64,000 nucleotides of DNA from Octopus sinensis (taxonomy: Eukaryota): contig NC_043011.1 of the NCBI RefSeq assembly GCF_006345805.1, positions 33,430,464 to 33,494,463 on the forward strand, given 5' to 3'. This document shows positions 37,928-51,495 of the stretch, piece after piece. A program made the translations under genes and the position numbers. The notes below the pieces were generated by a model, which did not search any database, was not told the DNA's origin, and worked only from the letters and a program-made list of their open reading frames with translations. Each line of letters opens with the position of its first letter. The first letter of the stretch is position 1.

Positions 37928-38509
37928 TCACTAGAAAATCGTTAAAAGCACATAAAATCAGGTTACTGTACAATAAAAATAAAAGCATATAAAAACGTAT
38001 TAAAATACGTACAGTAAATGTTAAGATACACACCATAAAGTAGTGTAGCTTTATAAACAAAATCACGAAATCAGCTGTGTTGTCTGTATCGCTCCTTCGG
38101 AGCTCATGTTGCACTGTAGTTCCAATATCTATCGTTATACGTCGTTGTCACTCATAATTTCCGCGACTGTTTTGAATTCTGATTTGTTTACGTCTGTTTA
38201 TCGGTTACTTTATCATTCTCATTCATTTGTGACTATACTTTGCCCCCATGGCTCCTAAGAAAATTCATAGTAAAAATTCATAGTAAAAGTGCTAAGCGTC
38301 ATAACGCTGGAAGATGAACTAGCTACGATAAAACGCCATGAAAAAGGTGAAAAAGTGGTAGTGATTGCACGATCTTTTGGGCTGAGTCGGACAACTGTAT
38401 TGAAAATTGCACATACTAAGGACAAAATTTAAGGAGTAAAGAAGTTATCACTCCATTAAGAACCAAAGTGGACGTGCATCAGCAGACGAATAAGCAGCAG
38501 CGGAATTCC
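37928..38509 (+). mobile_element. Tigger/pogo transposon 5' fragment, copy 1
   Basis: ATG GCT CCT AAG at 38248; psq-type HTH RHEKGEKVVVIARSFGLSRTT; near-identical to 41870-42630. Confidence 0.75.
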
Positions 38510-41500
38510 TAAAATTTTCGCAAAATTTTTGGGTGAAGTTATTCGGAAAACTTTTGAGTAAAATTTTTGGGTAAAATTTTCGAAAGCTTTTTAGGTGAAA
38601 TTTTCGGTAAATTTTTGGGTAAAGTTTTCGTAAAATTTTTGGGGAAAATTTTCGGAGTAAAATTTTCAATGAAAATTTTTGAAAAATTTCGGTGATAATG
38701 TTTGGAAAATTTTGGGGGAAAATTTTCGGTGAAAATTTTCGAAAACTTTTTAGGTTAAAATTTTCGGTGAAAATTTTCGTAAAATTTTTGGGTAAAATTT
38801 TCGGAAAATTGTCGGATAACATTTGCGGTGCCAAAATCACAAAGTATGGAAGGCCAGTTGTGCAGAAATCACAAAGTATGGAAGGCCAGCGGTGCCCAAA
38901 TCACAAAGTATGGAAAGCCAGCGGTGCCAATTTTCGAAAAATTTTGGGGAAAATTTACAGTGAAAATTTTCGAAAACTTTTTAGGTGAAATTTTCGAAAA
39001 TTTTTAGGAAAAATTTTCGGTGAAAATTTATGGGTAAAATTTTCGAAAGGTGAAACTTTCGGTAAATTTTTGGGTAAAGTTTTCCTTGAAAATTTTCGAA
39101 AACTTTTTGGTTAAAGTTTTCGAAAAAATTTTTGGGTAAAATTTTCGGTGAAAATATTCGGAAAATTTTCAGTGAAAATATTCGGAAAATTTTGGAGTAA
39201 AATTTTCAGTGAAAATTTTCGAAAAATTTTTGAAAGATTTCGGTGAAAATGTTTGGAAAATTTTTGGGTAAAATTTTCGGTGTAAATTTTCGAAAACTTT
39301 TTAGGTTAAAATTTTCGGTACATTTTTGGGTAAAGTTTTCGGTGAAAATTTTCGACAAATTTTTGGGGGAAAATTTTCGGTGAAAATTTTCGAAACCTTT
39401 TTGGTTAAAATTTTCCGAAAATTTTTGGGTAAAATTTTCGATGAAAATTTTCACAAAATTTTTGGGTAAAATTTTCGATGAAAATTTTCACAAAATTTTT
39501 GGGTAAAATTTTCGCAAAATTTTTGAAAAATTCCGGTGAAAATTTTTGGAAAATTTTTGGGTAAAATTTTCGACAAATTTTGGGGGAAAATTTTCGGTAG
39601 ATTTTTGAGTAAAGTTTTCGGTGAAAATTTTCCACAAATTTTGCGGGGGAAATTTTCGGAAAATTTTTGGGTAAAATTTTCGGTGAAAATTTTCGAAAAC
39701 TTTTTAGGTGAAATTTTCGGTAAATTTTTGGGTAAAGTTTTCGGTGAAAATTTTCGAAAACTTTTTGGTTAAAATTTTTGGGTAAAATTTTCGCAAAATT
39801 TTTGGGTTAAATTATTCGGAAAATTTTCGAAAAATTCCGGTGAAAATTTTTGGAAAATTTTTGGGGAAAATTTTCGGTGAAAATTTTCGAAAACTTAGGT
39901 GAAATTTTCGGTAAACTTTTGGGTAAAATTTTCGGTGAAAATTTTTGCAAAATATTTCGTGTAAAATTTTCGGTGCCAAAATCACAAAGTATGGAAGGCC
40001 AGCGGTGCCAAAATCACAAAATATGGAAGGCCAGTGTAGCCAAAATCACAAAGTATGGAAAGACAGCGGTGCCCAAATCACAAAGTATGGAAAGACAGCG
40101 GTGCCAATTTTCGAAAAATTTTCGGGTAACATTTTCGATGAAAATTTTCGAAAAATTTTTGGGTAAAATTTTCGCAAAATTTTTGGATAAAATTTTCGAA
40201 AAATTTTTGAAAAATTCCGGTGAAAATTTTTAGAAAATTTTTGGGTAAAATTTTCGACAAATTTTGGGGGAAAATTTTCGGAAAATTTTTGGGTAAAATT
40301 TTCGGTGAAAATTTTCGAAAACTTAGGTGAAATTTTCGGTCCAAAATCACAAAGTATGGAAGGCCAGCGGTGGCAAAATCACAAAGCATGGAAGGTCAGC
40401 GGTGCCCAAATCACAAAGTATGGAAAGCCAGCGGTGCCAATTTTCGAAAAATTTTCGGGTAACATTTTCGGTGAAAATTTTCGAAAAATTTTTGGGTAAA
40501 ATTTTCGGTGAAAATTTTCGAAAACTTTTTAGGTGAAATTTTCGGTAAATTTTTGGGTAAAGTTTCCGGTGAAAATTTTCGAAAACTTTTTGGTTAAAAT
40601 TTTCGGTGAAAATTTTCGCAAAATTTTTGGGTGAAATTATTCGGAAAATTTTTGGGTAAAATTTTCGAAAAATTTTTGGGGAAAATTTTCGAACACTTTT
40701 TAGTTGAAATTTTACCCAAAAATTTTTCCCATAAATTTTTCGAAAATTTCACCCAAAAAGTTTTCGAAAATTTTCCCCAAAAATTTGTCGAAAATCTTTT
40801 ATGGAAAATTTTCGGTGAAAATTTTCGAAAAATGTTTGAAAAATTTCGGTGAAAATCTTTGGGTGAAATTTTCGACAAATTTTGGGGGAAAATTTTCGGA
40901 AAATTTTTGGGTAAAATTTTCGGTGAAAATTTTCGAAAACTTCGGTGAAATTTTCGGTCCAAAATCACAAAGTATGGAAGGCCAGTGGTGCCAAAATCAC
41001 GAAGCATGGAAGGTCAGCGGTGCCCAAATCACAAAGTATGGAAAGCCAGTGGTGCCAATTTTCGAAAAATTTTCGGGTAACATTTTCGGTGAAAATTTTC
41101 GAAAACTTTTTAGGTGAAATTTTCGGTAAATTTTTGGGTAAAGTTTCCGGTGAAAATTTTCGAAAACTTTTTGGTGAAAATTTTCGCAAAATTTTTGGGT
41201 GAAATTATTCGGAAAATTTTTGGGTAAAATTTTCGAGGAAAATTTTCGAACACTTTTTAGTTGAATTTTACCCAAAAATTTTTCCCATAAATTTTTCGAA
41301 AATTTCACCCAAAAAGTTTTCGAAAATTTTCCCCAAAAATTTGTCGAAAATCCTTTATGGAAAATTTTCGGTGAAAATTTTCGAAAAATTTTTGAAAAAT
41401 TTCGGTGAAAATCTTTGGGTGAAATTTTCGACAAATTTTGGGGGGAAATTATCGGAAAATTTTCGAAAACTTTATTAGGTGAAATTTTCGGTAAATTTTT

Positions 41501-41852
41501 GGGTAAAATTTTCGGAAAATTGTCGGATAACATTTGCGGTGCAAAAATCACAAAGCATGGAAGGCCAGCGGTTTCAAAATCACAAAGTATGGAAGGCCAG
41601 TGGTGCCAAAATCACAAAGTATGGAAGGCCAGTGGTGCCAAAATCACAAAGTATGGAAAGCCAGCGGTGCCCAAATCACAAAGTATGGAAAGCCAGCGGT
41701 GCCAATTTTCGAAAAATTTTCGCGTAACATTTTCGGTGAAAATTTTCGAATAATTTTTGGGGAAAATTTTCAGTGAAAATTTTCGAAAACTTTTTAGGTG
41801 AAATTTACGGTAAATTTTTGGGGAAAATTTTCGGTGAAAAGTTTCGAAAAAT
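38510..41852. repeat. 3.3-kb modular array of A3-4T4-5(CG/GG) units with clusters of a 32-bp repeat
   Basis: Dominant modules are gaaaattttcg, aaatttttgggt and aaaactttttaggtg. The unit gccaaaatcacaaagtatggaaggccagcggt (32 bp) occurs in five clusters. Confidence 0.9.
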
Positions 41853-41869
41853 ATTAGAATCGTAAAAAA

Positions 41870-42985
41870 TCACTAGAAAATCGTTAAAAGCACATAAAAT
41901 CAGGTTACTGTACAATAAAAATAAAAGCATATAAAAACGTATTAAAATACGTACAGTAAATGTTAAGATACACACCATAAAGTAGTGTAGCTTTATGAAC
42001 AAAATCACGAAATCAGCTGTGTTATCTTTATCGCTCCTGCGGAGCTCATATTGCACTGTAGTTCCAATATCTATCGTTATACGTCGTTGTCACTCGTAAT
42101 TTCCGCGACTGTTTTGAATTCTGATTTGTTTACGTCTGTTTATCGGTTACTTTATCATTCTCATACTTTGCCCCCATAGTAAAAGTGCTAAGCGTCATGC
42201 TATAACGCTGGAAGATGAAATAGCTACGATAAAACGCCATGAAAAAGGTGAAAAAGTGGTAGTGATTGCACGATCTTTTGGGCTGAGTCGGACAACTATA
42301 TTGAAAATTGCACATACTAAGGACAAGATTTTAGGACATATCAAATCTGACGCCTCAGGTTTGAAGAACACTGTCACCAATAAGAGGAAAAATCTTTGAA
42401 GAAATGGAAAGTCTTCTTTCTCTTTGGATTGTTAGGTTGAATCGTCAGCGTGCTACTATTAGTCAAGAAATCATTCAAGAGAAAGCGCTGTCTTTGAGAA
42501 CCTGAAGACAAAATATGCAGATGAGAAAGATGTAGAGTTCAAGGCAAGTCAAGGATGGTTCATGAAATTTAAGGAGTAAAGAAGTTATCACTCCATCAGC
42601 TGACGAATAAGCAGCAACGGAATTCCCTAATACATTAAAGAAAATCAACGAAGAAAACGAGTTTCTTCCCGAACAGATTTTTAACGCAGACGAAACTGGA
42701 TTGAATTGGAAAAAATTGCCAAACCGTTCATTCATTTCGATGGCGGAGAAAACTATTGCAGGCTACGAGGTCTCAAAAGAACGTGTGACCATTATGTTGG
42801 GAGGTAACTGTGCATGAGATTTTAAGTTAAAGTTTGACCCCAACGTTACTGTCGTACACCTCCCTCTGAACACCACGTCTCTTCAGCAGTGAATGGATCA
42901 GGGAATAATTGCTATCATCAAGCGCTACTATATGAAGTGTACGCTACAGCAAGCAATAGCTGCAACTGATCTTGATGAGTCTAGA
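41870..42985 (+). mobile_element. Tigger/pogo transposase pseudogene, copy 2
   Basis: Frames give EMESLLSLW, IIQEKAL, FKASQGWFMKFK, QIFNADETGLNWK, SKERVTIMLGGN, MDQGII. Stops and a large internal deletion are present. Confidence 0.85.
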
Positions 42986-43096
42986 ACTGGGAATGGCTAT
43001 TATCGGTTTACCCTAGGGACAAGTAAATTCAGCCTAGCCTAGATGCAAGTTAATTCGACTTAGGTCGTGTCTTCGGGAACCAAGAGGTGAGGTATG

Positions 43097-43146
<50 letters not shown>

Positions 43147-43383
43147 CACACATATATACATAAACACACATACACATACAAGCGTCTTTCAGTTTCCGTC
43201 TACCAAATTCACTCACAAGGCTTTGGTGAACCCAAGGCTATAGAAGAAGACACTTGCCCAAGGAGTCACACAGTGAGACTGAACCCGGAACCATGCGGTT
43301 GGGAAGCAAGCTTGTTACCACGCAACAATGTTTTGAAACAAACTATTCTCATACACACACACACACACACACGTATATAGGTA

Positions 43384-43602
43384 CAAGACGTCACCAACGG
43401 TGCGAATAACATGAAATACGTAACAACGAGAAAAAAGGAAAACAGAACAAGTTAATATAGGTCTTTGAAGACTCATCTTGTCGTTGAATGAAGGATCCTT
43501 TCCTCTGGGTTAACTTGTCCTGCTTTCCATTCTTTTCTCGTTTACGTATTTCACTCGCTATCCCTAGTATTGCATGTTATTTGCACCAATGGTGACGTCC
43601 TG
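43384..43602. mobile_element. Tc1/mariner-type MITE with TA TSD
   Basis: TAcaagacgtcaccaacggtgcgaataacatgaaatac ... gtattgcatgttatttgcaccaatggtgacgtcctgTA. Confidence 0.75.
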
Positions 43603-43616
43603 TACACATATATGCA

Positions 43617-43660
<44 letters not shown>

Positions 43661-44311
43661 TATATACATACATACATACGTGTGTGTGCGCGCGCGCGCG
43701 TTTGCTTGACCTCCCACCACCGCTTGACAATGTTGGTTTGTCTACGTCCCTGTTCAAACTGGCGGTTCGGCAAAAGAAACCGATGCCATAAGTATCGAAC
43801 TTTATTAAACAAAACAAAAAATAGTGCCAGAGTCGATTTTTTTTTACTAAACCCTTCACAGCATTGTTCCAGCATGGCCGCAACCTGGCTGAAACAAGTA
43901 AAAGATAATTCAAGGACGGTCCGTGTCGGAAACATTTTACGCAAAGGCAAAATCGTGGAAGACTACGAGTGCAAGGGAGATAAATCTAATTGCATTACCG
44001 CGTAAATATATCTACGATATTTCCGAGGTTTGAAGCTCTTGTGCTTAAACAGAGAGTGATCGTTAGTGAAGTAAATAACACCTTCAAAGTTTTCCAATGA
44101 TCTATCAAAGAAAAAAATACGAAAATCTTTGATTCATTTAATATTTCACTTAAACTGAAGTTATTCTTGTTTTTCCAATACATGTACGTTATTATTAGGT
44201 CAGTCGATGCAAGGGAGATAAATCTGGTTATTATTACCTTAATGCCGAAAATATTTGCAAATATTTTCAGTCTACTTTTTTATTGATGCCAAATTCACCA
44301 ACTACTAAAAG

Positions 44312-44858
<547 letters not shown>

Positions 44859-45094
44859 GTAGATTTTGCATGCATGAAGTGGATTCGATTCACCATAGTC
44901 AAATTTAAATTAACGCTGCAACAGAACTTTTCCCACGATGGAACAATGGTTTTTCTCCGACAGCAGTTTTACATTTTCCAGATGCCTTTAGCTCGGCCGA
45001 AATAATGTCTTCACCGCTTGACCCTCTCTAACCTCTTCTACTTCACCAAAAACTAGAATAGAGATAACAAGACTACCAACTAAATTTATTGTTC

Positions 45095-45590
45095 TCAATT
45101 TATTGTTTGCCATATTCTGAACGCCTTCCTTCCGAGGGGATGGATACATTGAAACTCCGACGTCTGGCAGCTGACTTGGTAGACACCCATAAAATGATTA
45201 ACCATCTTACAAACAATAACTCTGAGCACCTTTTCAAACTCCATCTGTCTAACACCCGTGGACATGTTTACAAAGTCAGTAAACAGCACAGCTCCCATGA
45301 TTTTCGGAAATATTTTTTTCACGCTAAGAGTTGCTGAAGCATGGAACAAACTTCCAGTATCAGTTGTTAGTTGTCGGAGCACTGCATCCTTCAAAACTTC
45401 CATGCTTCCTGAGATTCGCCAACACTACACCTGATTTTTCTCCCCTCCATACACACGCAAGCATGTATCTGACTCATACACTGTTCATTTTCCAGACATT
45501 TGTACATTACTGCATATACTTTATACGCACTTTTGACAAGTTGAGATGCACCTGAGCACTGTATACAATACTTTCATTATTATTACTATA
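45095..45590 (+). mobile_element. CR1-type LINE 3' fragment with (ATT)n tail
   Basis: LPYSERL..TLKLRRLAADL..TRGHVYKV..FRKYFF(T)LRVAEAWNKLP; ends ttcattattatta. Confidence 0.85.
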
Positions 45591-46874
45591 TTATTAAAAT
45601 AATGCCAAGTAATAAAACAATGCAAATCTTCCCGAAACCTAAAAGTAATGGCAGAGGTGGGGATTTTTCCATATCTTTAGGCGCTTGACTCTGGGCTCTT
45701 TTCCCTAACAAAAGGAAAGATAACTATTGCTATTGTATGTGAATCAGTCTATTTTGTATAACACTTTTAGAAAATCAAGTAGCTCTTTGAGACGAGTAAG
45801 TGAAATTGCTGCTAATTGCATAATTATTGCTCTCTCACTTTCTCTGCTATGCTATGCTATGCTTACAGGTGGCGATGATCAGTAGACCTCTACGCTAAAG
45901 CCTGAAAACTGATCTTTGAGAAAGATGCAGTAATGATTTCCTGTTGCCTTCTGCCGGTTTCTTTATAGTTTACCCTGATAATCTCATGCTTTCATGAACT
46001 TTCTCTTGAAACACGAGGCCTATTTAGTCCTTAGGCCGGGGGACTCATTCACCTGACAATAAGTGCATCTTCGCATACCGGTGAGTCCGTGGGGACTTAC
46101 CTAACAATAAGTACTCACCCATTTGCACAGAGATAAAAACCACCTTCAGCTAAAAACAAATGTAGGTTATGGAAAACTTACCGCATTAGTTGCATCACTG
46201 TCACGCGTGAGAAACAGCGTACTAGAAACTACTTTTCCCATGAAGTATGTTGTATTAGCTTAAACAATATAAAGTAAAAGAAAATGTAACAACCAATAAA
46301 GACAAGCGCATTATCGAGAATCAAGAAAATATTTATGGAAATTAAACAAAGCAGCAACGAAATCATATGACAGCCGATTTGCTATTATTATCCGCAAAAT
46401 ACAAATATACTTTATTGTAGCAACGAGCTATCCTCTTGAAAAACGCATTGATTGTTATGGATCGAGGAAATATTTATGGAAATTAAATATAGAAGGGATT
46501 AAATATAAAAGTGTGTTATGGTACTGGGGACCACAAAATAAAAAGTATTATATTGTGGCAATCAGCTTCCCACATGTTAGATAAATGGGGGAGAAAGGAG
46601 GCATTTGTTGGTGACTGATGAAGAGTTTACAAATCCACTAAACAAAATACTCTTTTAGCTTTATATAACTATTATAACTGGAGGAGCAGAATATGTACAG
46701 AACCTTCAAGATTGAAACGTGTCTGAAGTCGGGTTCTTAGTGGGAAGAAACAGCCACATAATTCATATACTACAGATGATTAACATTATTGGAACAAAAA
46801 AAATTACCAAGAAATTAATTAAAAGAGAAGCTGTTCTCAATTATTGTAATTTTCGTGTATCACTACTACACATC

Positions 46875-48268
46875 TAATAGGCTAACTTGTCAATTTTTGT
46901 TATTCCAGATTGAAGGAGACGGCTGCACCAGCACTTTGAACTTATTTTATTAAATACTGGCGAGTTTGCAGAATGCAGTCGGGACGTGAAGAAAATTTGG
47001 AAGCTCACGATGCAATAAAAGTTTGTGTTAAACTGGGGAAAAATGCTGTGGTTACAGAACGTACATGCCAGAAGTGGTTTTCAAGATTTCGATTGGAAAC
47101 ATTTTCTGTTCAAGATGCACCTCGCTCCACCTTACTTTCCTTGAACGACACTAAAATTCAAGCACTGATTACAAACTTCAATGATACTTCAACGTAGTTT
47201 GATGCAAACTTGTGATCTGACGGGTTGTAGTTTGTGTGCTTGGGATCACCCTGAAAACGCAGAGCCAAAACGAAATTATCGACGCGTCATGCTTCTTTAT
47301 TTTAAAAAATGCAAGAAGGCAGCGGAAATCTGCTGGAAGACATGTGCTGCGTAATGAGAGGATGTGGTTTTCAAGATTTCGATTGGAAAATTTTTCTATT
47401 CAAGACACACTTCGCTCTGGCTGCCCTAATGAGATTAACAGCGACACCAACCCTCGTTATATGAACAAGATGGTCACAGATATTCCCCAAATATCCAAAT
47501 TGAGCGTTGAAGACTATCTACATCAATTTGGTTGCGTCAACAGGCTCGATGCTTGGGCCCCACATCAATTGAATGAGGCTATTATCGCTCAATGGATTCC
47601 CATCTGCAATTTGTTGCAGAAACATGACGAAAGGGGTCCATTTTTTTTTTTACAAGAATGGTGACAGGGGACAAAAAAAATGGATCGGCTATAACAATAT
47701 GAAGCGCAAACGATCACGAAGAAAGCGCGGTGAGTCACAAACAACCTCCAAAGCAGGAATTCGCCCGAAGAAGAATATGCTTTTAATTTGCTAAGATTGG
47801 AAGGGTGTTGTCTTTCACGAACTTCTGCCTACGGACAGAACTACCAATTCGGATGTGTACTGTGACCAGTTGGATATTTTAAACGTGTCTCATCACGACA
47901 CTGCCAGACGGCACGCATCTTTGCAGACACGGCAGAAGTTACTGGAGCTTAGTTGGGAAGTTTTACCGCACCCTCCACATTCGTCCGACTTTGCACTTTC
48001 AGATTTCCACCTGTTCGGTCTCATCAAATGCCCATTGAATGGACAGACCCTCGACTCTGAAGTGGATATAAAAACTCACGTGAAAATGTTATTTTTTGCA
48101 AGTAAAGACAGGAAATTCTTTGAACAAGGAATAATGGATCTGCTCACATGTTGGCAGAAGATACTGGAACGAAACGGTAACTATATCATTGATTGAATAA
48201 ATCGTTCTGTATTTAAAACTCGTATCATTTCCATTTAAAAACCGAACGGACTTTCGCCCTGCCTATTA
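46875..48268 (+). mobile_element. Mariner (DD34D) transposon remnant with duplicated N-terminus
   Basis: WAPHQL, TGDKKW, HHDTARRH, PPHSSDFALSDF with 34-aa D-D spacing. Right TIR accgaacggactttcgccctgcctatTA; the left end keeps only TAataggc. Confidence 0.85.
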
Positions 48269-48415
48269 CTCAATGTATGCTTCATTCCTTTTACATTTCA
48301 AGAGACAAGGGTAGGATTCGAGGGAATTTTGCCTGCAATTTACAACAGGTTAAACAACTGTACAGAGATTCCCTCGATGGCTCGTAAGACATGATGACGG
48401 TGATATATATATATA

Positions 48416-48912
48416 TCTATATATATAAAACTCTAGTTGTGTGAGTGTCTGTCCCCTTCGATTTAGATTCCTAACTCCTCCCACATTTTGCGGTGCAGTT
48501 TAACCAAATTCGGGTATCTTATAGTCGTGATTCATATCGAGCCCGTCTGACTATTAGCGCGCGTCAACGATGAGTCTACGATTTTAAAAATAATTTAACA
48601 TCATTTTTTATTCCATTTTAATGCATAAAATGCATCGTATGTCGATGGCGGCGTCCACGCTCACAGCTGCACCTGTTTGCTTCTCCCCCTTCCCTCCCTC
48701 GTGAAGCTGTGGGGAAGGGAGTGTAAAGAAATCAACGTCGTAATGCGTTGTGAAGGAAACCAGCGTTCTTTTAGAACAACGACTTCATGGCTTGAAGACA
48801 CCAAAACAAAAATGGCTAAGAAAGCCCGAATTTATAAGGGAAGTAACTCTCTAAAAATGCTTATATAGTTATTTCCCTTACAAACCCGAGCAACGCCGGG
48901 CGATACTGCTAG
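48416..48912 (+). mobile_element. Non-autonomous Helitron
   Basis: A|TCtatatatataaaa 5' end; cccgagcaacgccggg hairpin; CTAG|T 3' end. Confidence 0.85.
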
Positions 48913-49066
48913 TATATATATATATAAGTATATATTTCTATGTGTGTGTGTAAGCGTAAAATATAGGCATATACACGCGTGTTTGTATTGTATAAGCATA
49001 TACATGTATCTATGAATGTATACACACACACATACATACAGAATGAAGGATAAGCTATTATACAAT

Positions 49067-49259
49067 GAGAGAGAGAGAGAGACAGCGAGAGACAGAGAGA
49101 CACAGAGAGAGAGACAGACAGAGAGATAGACAGAGAGAGAGAGACAGAGAGAGAGAGACAGAGAGAGAGACAGAGAGAGAGACAGAGAGAGAGAGACAGA
49201 GAGAGACAGACAGAGAGAGAGAGACAGAGAGAGAGACAGAGAGACGGACAGACAGACAG
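49067..49259. repeat. (GA)n/(GACA) microsatellite
   Basis: Direct reading. Confidence 0.9.
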
Positions 49260-49661
49260 TGTGAATGTAAGAGATTAAGTAACTGCTGGAACATCAAGCG
49301 GAAATATTAATGTCCCTGGTTAAAGATGTGTAGGACGTATCACAATGTTATCAAAAGGAGATCGACAGGATTTGAATAATAGATACAATAATAACAACAA
49401 CGACTACTACTACTGTGTTAAAGACTACACACCAAGTTAATTGACTTTGCAGTTCTCTATGGCAACGCAGGAGAATCGATAATAAATACCTTGGCTTTGT
49501 TAAAGGAACTGGAGGAAATTTATGTAAGATTAAAATGTCTGCATTAGTTAAAGATACAAATATTACGTAAGCAGCAGTACGATTAAGATATCTCATAAAG
49601 TCATTAGGAATTGTGTGTGTGCGTGTGCGTGTGCGTGCGTGTGTGTGTGTGTGTGTATAAA

Positions 49662-49773
49662 AGAGAGAGAGAGACGGGAGAGAGAGACGGGCGAGAGGGG
49701 GGAGAGAGAGAGAGAGAGAGACGGGCGAGAGAGAGACGGGCGAGAGAGAGAGAGACGGGCGAGAGAGAGACGG

Positions 49774-49808
<35 letters not shown>

Positions 49809-51185
49809 GGGCGGGCGAGAGAGACGGGGCGAGAGAGACGGGCGAGAGAGAGAGAGAGAGACGGGCGAGAGAGAGAGAGACAGGCGAGAGAGAGAGAGAG
49901 AGAGAGAGACGGGTGAGAGAGAGAGAGACGGGCGAGAGAGAGAGAGACGGGCGAGAGAGAGACGGGCGGAGAGAGAGAGAGAGAGAGAGACGGGCGGGCG
50001 AGAGAGACGGGGCGAGAGAGAGACGGGCGGGCGAGAGAGACGGCGAGAGAGACGGGCGAGAGAGAGAGAGAGAGAGAGACGGGCGAGAGAGAGAGAGAGA
50101 GACGGGCGAGAGAGAGAGAGACAGGCGAGAGAGAGAGAGAGAGAGAGACGGGCGAGAGAGAGAGAGAGACGGGCGAGAGAGAGAGAGACGGGCGAGAGAG
50201 AGAGAGACGGGCGAGAGAGAGAGAGACAGGCGAGAGAGAGAGAGACAGGCGAGAGAGAGAGAGAGACGGGCGAGAGAGAGACAGGCGAGAGAGAGAGAGA
50301 GACGGGCGAGAGAGAGAGAGAGAGAGAGAGACGGGGCGAGAGAGAGACGGGCGAGAGAGAGACGGGCGAGAGAGAGACGGGCGAGAGAGAGACGGGAGGC
50401 GAGAGATAGAGAGAGACGGGCGAGAGAGAGAGATAGACGGGCGAGAGAGAGAGAGAGAGACGGCGAGAGAGAGAGAGAGACGGGCGAGAGAGAGAGAGAG
50501 ACGGGGCGAGAGAGAGAGAGAGAGAAGAGAGACGGGCGGGGGGCGAGAGAGAGAGAGAGAGGGCGGGCGAGAGAGAGAGAGAGAGACGGGCGAGAGAGAG
50601 AGAGAGACGGGGAGAGAGAGAGAGACAGGCGAGAGAGAGAGAGAGACGGCGAGAGAGAGACGGGCGAGAGAGAGAGAGAGAGACGGGGCGAGAGAGAGAG
50701 AGAGACGGGGCGAGAGAGAGACGGGCGAGAGAGAGACGGGCGAGAGAGAGACGGGCGAGAGAGAGAGAGAGACGGGCGAGAGAGAGAGAGAGAGACGGCG
50801 AGAGAAGAAAGAGAGAGAGAACGGGCGAGAGAGAGAGACGGGGCGGGGCGGGAGAGAGAAGAGACGAGGCGGGCGAGAGAGGAGAGAGAGACGGGCGGGG
50901 GAGGGGAGGGGCTAAGGGGCGGGGGGGCAGAGAGAGAGAGAGAGACGGGGCGAGAGAGAGAGAGAGACGGGGCGAGAGAGAGAGAGAGACGGGCGAGAGA
51001 GAGAGAGAGACGGGGCGAGAGAGAGAGAGGACGGGGCGAGAGAGAGAGAAGAGACGGGGGGCGAGAGAGAGAGAGAGACGGGCAGGAGAGAGAGAGAGAG
51101 AGACGGACGGGCGAGAGAGAGAGAGAGAGAGAGACGGGCGAGAGAGAGAGAGAGACTGACGGAGGGCGGGAGGGGAGGACGGGCG

Positions 51186-51230
<45 letters not shown>

Positions 51231-51452
51231 GGGGCGAAGAGAGAGAGAGAGAGAGAGATAAGACTGGGCGAGAGAGAGAGAGAGAGAGAGAACGGGGGCG
51301 GAGAGAGAGAGAGAGAGACGGGGGGCGGGGCGAGAAGGAGAGAGAGAGGACGGGGAGAAGAGTGGGCGAGAGAGAGAGAGAGATAGAGACGGGGGGCGAG
51401 AGAGAGAGATGAGAGGACGGGGGGGGCGGGGCGGAGAGAGGAGAGAGAGAGA

Positions 51453-51495
<43 letters not shown>

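Noticed and set aside
38826-41705. 32-bp repeats as a CRISPR array
   Set aside because: The units are directly tandem without unique spacers, there are no cas genes, and the context is eukaryotic.
38448-41776. Many K/F/I/N-rich ORFs
   Set aside because: By-products of the A4T4 array, with no protein motifs.
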